Positions 58,939 through 64,000 of a DNA stretch of 64,000 nucleotides are shown piece after piece. A model generated the notes under the pieces. The model made no database searches. It had not been told where the DNA came from and saw only the letters and a program-made list of their open reading frames with translations. The DNA lies in NCBI GenBank assembly GCA_041657955.1, contig JBBABA010000001.1:106419-170418 (forward strand). The letters run 5' to 3'. This DNA is from Thermoplasmata archaeon (GTDB taxonomy: Archaea > Thermoplasmatota > JASEFT01 > JBBABA01). How positions within the stretch are numbered: position 1 is the stretch's first letter; each line of letters begins with the position of its first letter. A program made the position numbers and the translations under genes.

Positions 58939-60204
58939 GTGGAAAGAATTTGTGTAATCGGCCTGGGGTATATAGGACTTCCAACCGCCGCTTTTTTAGC
59001 AAATAGCGGATACAAGGTATATGGGATGGACATTAACAATGAGTTAGTCGATAAAATAAATTCTTGCAAGGTGCCTTTTGTAGAAAAAGGCCTTAATGAT
59101 TTGGTAACGCGCAGTGTAAAAACCGGGAATCTGACTGTGCAGACTAAAATTCACGACGCCGATGTATACTTTATATGTGTTCCAACGCCATTCACGAAGA
59201 ATAAAAAAGCCGATTTGACCTACGTCGTTTCCGCAACCAAATCAATCCTGCCGAAAATTAAGAAAGGAAACATGGTCATATTGGAATCTACAGTTCCGCC
59301 ACTCACTACTAAAAATATTGTTGGGCCGATATTGGAGAAAAGTGGATTGCATGTCGGCAGGGACATATCGTTATGCCACTGCCCCGAACGCGTGATGCCT
59401 GGCAACATAATCAACGAAATGATAAACAACGATAGGGTGATCGGCGGGGTCGATAGAAAATCGACTCTGAGGGCACTAAAAATATACAAAAAATTTGTAA
59501 AAGGCAGAATATTCTTGACGGATGATACCACCGCAGAATATGTAAAGTTGATCGAGAACACATTTAGGGCGGTAAATATTGCTCTGGCAAACGAATTAGC
59601 ATTAATCGCCGAGAAAGTTGGGATAAATGCAATGGAGGCGATAAATCTTGCCAACAAGCATCCCCGCGTGGATATTCACAATCCGGGTCCAGGGGTCGGA
59701 GGGCATTGCATACCTGTAGATCCGTGGTTTGTAGTTGAAACCGCGGGCGGAACATCCAAACTCATACCTCTTGCTCTGACTATAAACGAGAGCATGCCAG
59801 AACACGTTGTAAATCTATTAACAGACGCGCTCAAAGAAGCAGGCAAGAGCCTCAAGAAATCGAAAGTTGTCGTGCTAGGTGCTGCATACAAGGGTAATGC
59901 CGAGGATACACGCGAAAGCCCGACGACGCCGATTGTTGCCAAGTTACTCAAAGCGAGAACCAAGCATGTTGTTATTTATGACCCATACGTGACAAAATAC
60001 GAATACCCTATAGAACATAACTTTTCAAAGGCAGTGAAAGGTGCGGATGCACTTATTGTAGTTACTGATCATAACGAATTTAAACGCATGAATATGAGCG
60101 ATGTCAAAAAACTCATGGCACCGAAACCCATATTAGTGGATTCTAGAAATATTGTAAAAAACCATAATGGCTTTATATTTAGGGGCATTGGAATTGGAAG
60201 ATAA
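58939..60204 (+). CDS. wecC: UDP-N-acetyl-D-mannosamine dehydrogenase-like nucleotide-sugar dehydrogenase
   Basis: ICVIGLGYIGLPTA and GGHCIPVDP catalytic motif. Convergent with the second WecB gene. Confidence 0.8.
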   Translation: MERICVIGLGYIGLPTAAFLANSGYKVYGMDINNELVDKINSCKVPFVEKGLNDLVTRSVKTGNLTVQTKIHDADVYFICVPTPFTKNKKADLTYVVSATKSILPKIKKGNMVILESTVPPLTTKNIVGPILEKSGLHVGRDISLCHCPERVMPGNIINEMINNDRVIGGVDRKSTLRALKIYKKFVKGRIFLTDDTTAEYVKLIENTFRAVNIALANELALIAEKVGINAMEAINLANKHPRVDIHNPGPGVGGHCIPVDPWFVVETAGGTSKLIPLALTINESMPEHVVNLLTDALKEAGKSLKKSKVVVLGAAYKGNAEDTRESPTTPIVAKLLKARTKHVVIYDPYVTKYEYPIEHNFSKAVKGADALIVVTDHNEFKRMNMSDVKKLMAPKPILVDSRNIVKNHNGFIFRGIGIGR

Positions 60205-60239
60205 AAACCCCCATAACCGGTGCGCAGATTTTATTGAGT

Positions 60240-61322
60240 CTAATCTCCATTTTCCAATACGATATCTAGAATCTTCTCTCCTGCGCACCCGTCTCCGAAA
60301 GGATTTACCCAATTTCTATCTTTCTTAAGCATGATATCAACGCCATTGAGTATCTTCTTTTTGTTAACACCTACCAGGATATTGCACCCGATTTCTAGTG
60401 TCTCCTGTCTTTCCGTATTGTCTCTAAGGGTTACGCACGGCACATTAAGGTTGCAAGATTCCTCCTGCACTCCGCCTGAATCTGTCAGTATCAATCTGGC
60501 GTTTGACTCTATCTGTAAAAATTCCAAAAACCCAACAGGTTCTATCATTCTAACACCTCGTGGAATACTTAAGCCAAACTCTTTTATTCTTTTGGCAGTT
60601 CTCGGGTGGATGGGGTATATGATCGGTATTTCATATTTGTCGTAAACCAGTTTTAACCCCTCTAAAATAGATTTCAACCTCCCCGCTACATCTACATTCT
60701 CCTGTCTATGGGCTGTAATAAGAAAATATCCACCCCCCTCTAGTTGTAATTCTTTTAGAACATTCACTTTTCTTTTCGCAATCTTGAGGTTTTGAGAAAC
60801 TGCATCTACAATCGTATTTCCAGTAACAAATATCTTGCCATCATCGATACCTTCTTTTAAGAGGTTACGCCTGTTCTTGTCTGTTGGCGCGAATAGGTAA
60901 TCGCTGCAGTGATCTGTCAATATCCTGTTTATTTCTTCAGGCATAGTTCTATCGTAACTGCGCAACCCAGCTTCGACATGTCCGACCTTTATGTGCATTT
61001 TGGTCGCAGTCATTGCTCCTGCAAAAACTGTATTTGTATCGCCTTCCACAAGAACAACATTCGCTTTTTCTTTAGACAGTATCTTCTCTATACCTGTCAT
61101 CATTTTGGCAACTTCCACGGCGTGACTACCAGAGCCTACATCTAGATTGTATTTCGCATCAGGAATGTTCAGTTCCTCGAAAAATATTTTATCCAGCTTG
61201 TATGAATAATGCTGACCGGTATGAAGTACAAAGTAATCTAACCGCCTCTTTTCGCAAACTCTTATTATCGGCGACATCTTGATTATCTCTGGGCGGGTTC
61301 CGAGAATTATTGCTATCTTCAT
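60240..61322 (-). CDS. wecB: UDP-N-acetylglucosamine 2-epimerase (second copy)
   Basis: RPEIIKMSPI, HTGQHYS, GDTNTVFAGAMTATK and HVEAGLRS motifs. Confidence 0.85.
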   Translation of the reverse strand: MKIAIILGTRPEIIKMSPIIRVCEKRRLDYFVLHTGQHYSYKLDKIFFEELNIPDAKYNLDVGSGSHAVEVAKMMTGIEKILSKEKANVVLVEGDTNTVFAGAMTATKMHIKVGHVEAGLRSYDRTMPEEINRILTDHCSDYLFAPTDKNRRNLLKEGIDDGKIFVTGNTIVDAVSQNLKIAKRKVNVLKELQLEGGGYFLITAHRQENVDVAGRLKSILEGLKLVYDKYEIPIIYPIHPRTAKRIKEFGLSIPRGVRMIEPVGFLEFLQIESNARLILTDSGGVQEESCNLNVPCVTLRDNTERQETLEIGCNILVGVNKKKILNGVDIMLKKDRNWVNPFGDGCAGEKILDIVLENGD

Positions 61323-61575
61323 AATCTTAATCCATTTTTATTAGGCATCCAATTATTCAAGGCATGAAGATTGGGGTTTCAAATATATAAAAGTCGTCTA
61401 TCTATGACCCAAACTCATTAAACTTAACATTAGCATAACTTCTTTCTGGCAGCTCCTCCGACAATCAATAGATATGGTACACCAAAAAGTCTTCTCAAGC
61501 TGAAAGGCTCGTATAACGGGAACAACATCTTTATATGTCCACAATATATGTAAAAAAGAAACAGATCGAGAAGTG

Positions 61576-62559
61576 ATGTGGGGCGGTTGCTTGAAACCAA
61601 CAGCAAGTTTTAGTGCGGTCATCTGTACATTGTTTAAAAGAAAAAACGAACTGCTGGGCTGTTTAGAGTCGATAGTTGAACAAAACATACCTCCGGACGA
61701 AATAATCTTTGTCTCTAAAGAGTATCCGAACGACGAATTGAAAGACACAATAGAATGTCTTGCAAAACCTTCGAAAAAATTAAAAAACAAGATCAAGGTT
61801 AGATACATAATACAAACCGGAGTCGGACTCACTAACGCCAGAAACTCGGCAATACCACATATCGAAACGGACATAGTTTTTTTCTTGGACGATGACGTTA
61901 TTTTAGACTCGAACTATTTTAAAACAATAATTGAAACCTATGAAAGCGATCCAAACGGAGAGATTGTGGGTGTGGGGGGAATCCCTCGCGTGATAAAAAC
62001 CGAGCAAGCCTCTCCCATCAGACAAACAGTAGGAAAAATATCAAAAAAACTAGATGTTATTTTTTCAATAATGCCCAAGAGTCCTTACAAGATTACTAGT
62101 GCTGGGTGGGGCGGCTCCGCATATTTAGATGTGCTCGGCGTGATTGATAAAAAAATCGGAGTGGACGTATTGTCCGGTTCCAACATGAGTTTTAGAAGAA
62201 AAATTTTCACTGAATTTAAATTCGACGAGGGGATACCTGGAAAGTTTTTTGGAGAAGATTATATGTTCACATACGCAGTTTCAAGAAAGTATAAGTTAAT
62301 CCTGGACCCGAATGCAAAAGTGCTCCATCTCGAATCCCCCATAAACAGGTTCGAGAGAACCAAAGAAGAAATCCCTACTCGGATATACTTCTATAAAAAA
62401 TACATTAAAAAAAATAGGGTAAAATTCCTAATATCGCTCTGTTGGTATTTTTCGAGAGAACTTATGCTATTATTCTTAACACCTTCCAACAATAATTTTT
62501 TAAATTTTAAAATTCTTGCGCGTGCCTATCTGGCAGCGATGCGAAAAGGTAAAACGTAG
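61576..62559 (+). CDS. GT2-family glycosyltransferase
   Basis: FSAVICTLFKRKNEL...FLDDDVILD (GT-A DXD region). Confidence 0.7.
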   Translation: MWGGCLKPTASFSAVICTLFKRKNELLGCLESIVEQNIPPDEIIFVSKEYPNDELKDTIECLAKPSKKLKNKIKVRYIIQTGVGLTNARNSAIPHIETDIVFFLDDDVILDSNYFKTIIETYESDPNGEIVGVGGIPRVIKTEQASPIRQTVGKISKKLDVIFSIMPKSPYKITSAGWGGSAYLDVLGVIDKKIGVDVLSGSNMSFRRKIFTEFKFDEGIPGKFFGEDYMFTYAVSRKYKLILDPNAKVLHLESPINRFERTKEEIPTRIYFYKKYIKKNRVKFLISLCWYFSRELMLLFLTPSNNNFLNFKILARAYLAAMRKGKT

Positions 62560-62596
62560 AATAAATTCAAATGAGGAATCATGGGTATCTTTCCTC

Positions 62597-63595
62597 TTAT
62601 GGTTTGTACCCAATTGATTTTAGGTCTGCTTCGACCATCATTTTAACTAAATCCTTAAAATATACTTCTGGTTTCCAACCCAATTTTTTCATCGCCTTTT
62701 TATAATCACCAACAAGGCTATCAACTTCGCTCGGTCTAAGATATCGGGGGTCTGTCTTGACGTGATTGCGCCAATCGCGTCCAACCAATTTGAAAGCTTC
62801 TTCTAAGAACTCCATTACAGAATGCTGTTCTCCTGTAGCAATCACATAGTCGTCAGGCTCGTTCTGTTGAAGCATAAGCCACATGGCTCTTACATAATCT
62901 CCTGCAAAACCCCAGTCTCTTTTCGCGTCGAGATTTCCGAGGTAGATAAACTCTTCCTTACCCGCCATTATCTTTGCAAGCCCTCTTGTTATTTTTCTAG
63001 TGACAAAAGTCTCCCCTCTCCGTGGCGATTCATGATTAAAAAGAATCCCACTGCAGGCGAATAACCCGTACGCCTCTCGATAATTGATAGTCATATAATG
63101 TGCGAAAACTTTCGCGACAGCATACGGACTTCGGGGATGAAAATGAGTCTTTTCGGTTTGGGGCGTTTCTTTTACATTTCCAAACATCTCGCTGCTCGAC
63201 GCCTGATAAAATCTTGTGTTAATATCGGATCTTCTAATAGCCTCAAGAATCCTGATATTTCCAAGAGCCGTTGTTTCGCTTGTATACTCTGGAATGTCAA
63301 AACTCACCCGTACATGACTCTGCGCTGCCAGATTATATATCTCATCGGGTTCAATCTCGGAGATAATGTTGGCGAGAGAAGTGGCATCAGAAAGATCCCC
63401 ATATTTTAGGAACAACCTTACGTTTGAAAGGTGCGGGTCTTTGTACAGGTGATCAATTCGTCCAGTGTTGAACGAACTCGACCGTCTGATGATTCCATAA
63501 ACTTTATATCCTTTGGAAAGAAGCAACTCGGTTAAATACGAGCCATCCTGCCCGGTAATCCCGGTAATTAATGCTGTTTTTTCCTCATGCGACAT
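62597..63595 (-). CDS. gmd: GDP-mannose 4,6-dehydratase
   Basis: [19 protein letters not shown]...YNLAAQSHV...SPYAVAKV. Confidence 0.9.
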   Translation of the reverse strand: MSHEEKTALITGITGQDGSYLTELLLSKGYKVYGIIRRSSSFNTGRIDHLYKDPHLSNVRLFLKYGDLSDATSLANIISEIEPDEIYNLAAQSHVRVSFDIPEYTSETTALGNIRILEAIRRSDINTRFYQASSSEMFGNVKETPQTEKTHFHPRSPYAVAKVFAHYMTINYREAYGLFACSGILFNHESPRRGETFVTRKITRGLAKIMAGKEEFIYLGNLDAKRDWGFAGDYVRAMWLMLQQNEPDDYVIATGEQHSVMEFLEEAFKLVGRDWRNHVKTDPRYLRPSEVDSLVGDYKKAMKKLGWKPEVYFKDLVKMMVEADLKSIGYKP

Positions 63596-63609
63596 GCTGA
63601 CACCTCCTC

Positions 63610-64000
<391 letters not shown>

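Noticed and set aside
61398-61874. 158-aa reverse ORF overlapping the GT2 gene start
   Set aside because: It overlaps a well-supported GT2 coding region and the WecB promoter region and has no motifs. Likely a chance ORF.

Overview
This 64-kb window is almost entirely one large, mosaic cell-surface glycan / protein-glycosylation locus. GC content is low (about 38-40% by eye), and several operon junctions use overlapping ATGA stop/start codons.

Locus content:
- It starts with the 5' part of a secreted surface glycoprotein gene with a signal peptide, dense N-x-S/T sequons and a C-terminal PKD domain.
- It contains an initiating GlcNAc-1-P transferase (MraY/WecA/AglH family), a DUF354 protein and a flippase.
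- It has at least six GT4/GT2/GT-B glycosyltransferases and a putative GT-C membrane glycosyltransferase (12-TM, lacks the WWDYG motif).
- Several complete nucleotide-sugar pathways are present: dTDP-L-rhamnose (rmlABCD), GDP-fucose (gmd plus a partial fcl at the window end), UDP-Glc/UDP-GlcA (galU plus ugd), and two UDP-GlcNAc 2-epimerase/dehydrogenase pairs (WecB/WecC-like, UDP-ManNAcA-type).
- An acetamidino-forming amidotransferase trio is present (WbuXYZ / archaeal AglXYZ-like: PP-loop amidotransferase plus HisH-like plus HisF-like).
- A pseudaminic-acid-like nonulosonic acid block is present (PseB-, PseC-, PseG-, NeuB/PseI- and PseF-like genes, plus extra aminotransferase, epimerase, aldo-keto reductase and methyltransferases).
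- Tailoring enzymes are scattered through the locus: two SAM methyltransferases with zinc ribbons, a hexapeptide acetyltransferase, an AAC(3)-family N-acetyltransferase fusion, SDRs, and several NAD-dependent epimerase/dehydratases.

Most unusual feature: an embedded operon of ATP-grasp ligase, SDR, acetolactate-synthase-like ThDP enzyme and a bona fide PanB ketopantoate hydroxymethyltransferase. This is a candidate pathway for a branched hydroxy-acyl (pantoate-like) glycan decoration.

Gene decay and rearrangement (locus looks recombinationally active):
- Mobile elements: an IS4/IS5-superfamily transposase and an IS630-type HTH remnant.
- Truncated paralog: a WecC-like dehydrogenase paralog lacking the C-terminal UDP-binding domain.
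- GT4 remnant: a 3' remnant duplicating the end of a distant paralog.
- Short fragments: a PdxT-like glutaminase fragment, a duplicated amidotransferase N-terminal fragment, a cobalamin-radical-SAM remnant, and a ThDP-enzyme N-terminal fragment.
- Translation anomalies: a homopolymer-associated frameshift in an epimerase gene, and a NeuB-like gene without a canonical start codon.
- Composition: a GC-richer block at about 54.6-63.6 kb (by eye).

The gene families suggest an archaeal (methanogen-like) origin, but bacterial origin cannot be excluded from sequence alone. No tRNA, rRNA or CRISPR arrays were seen.
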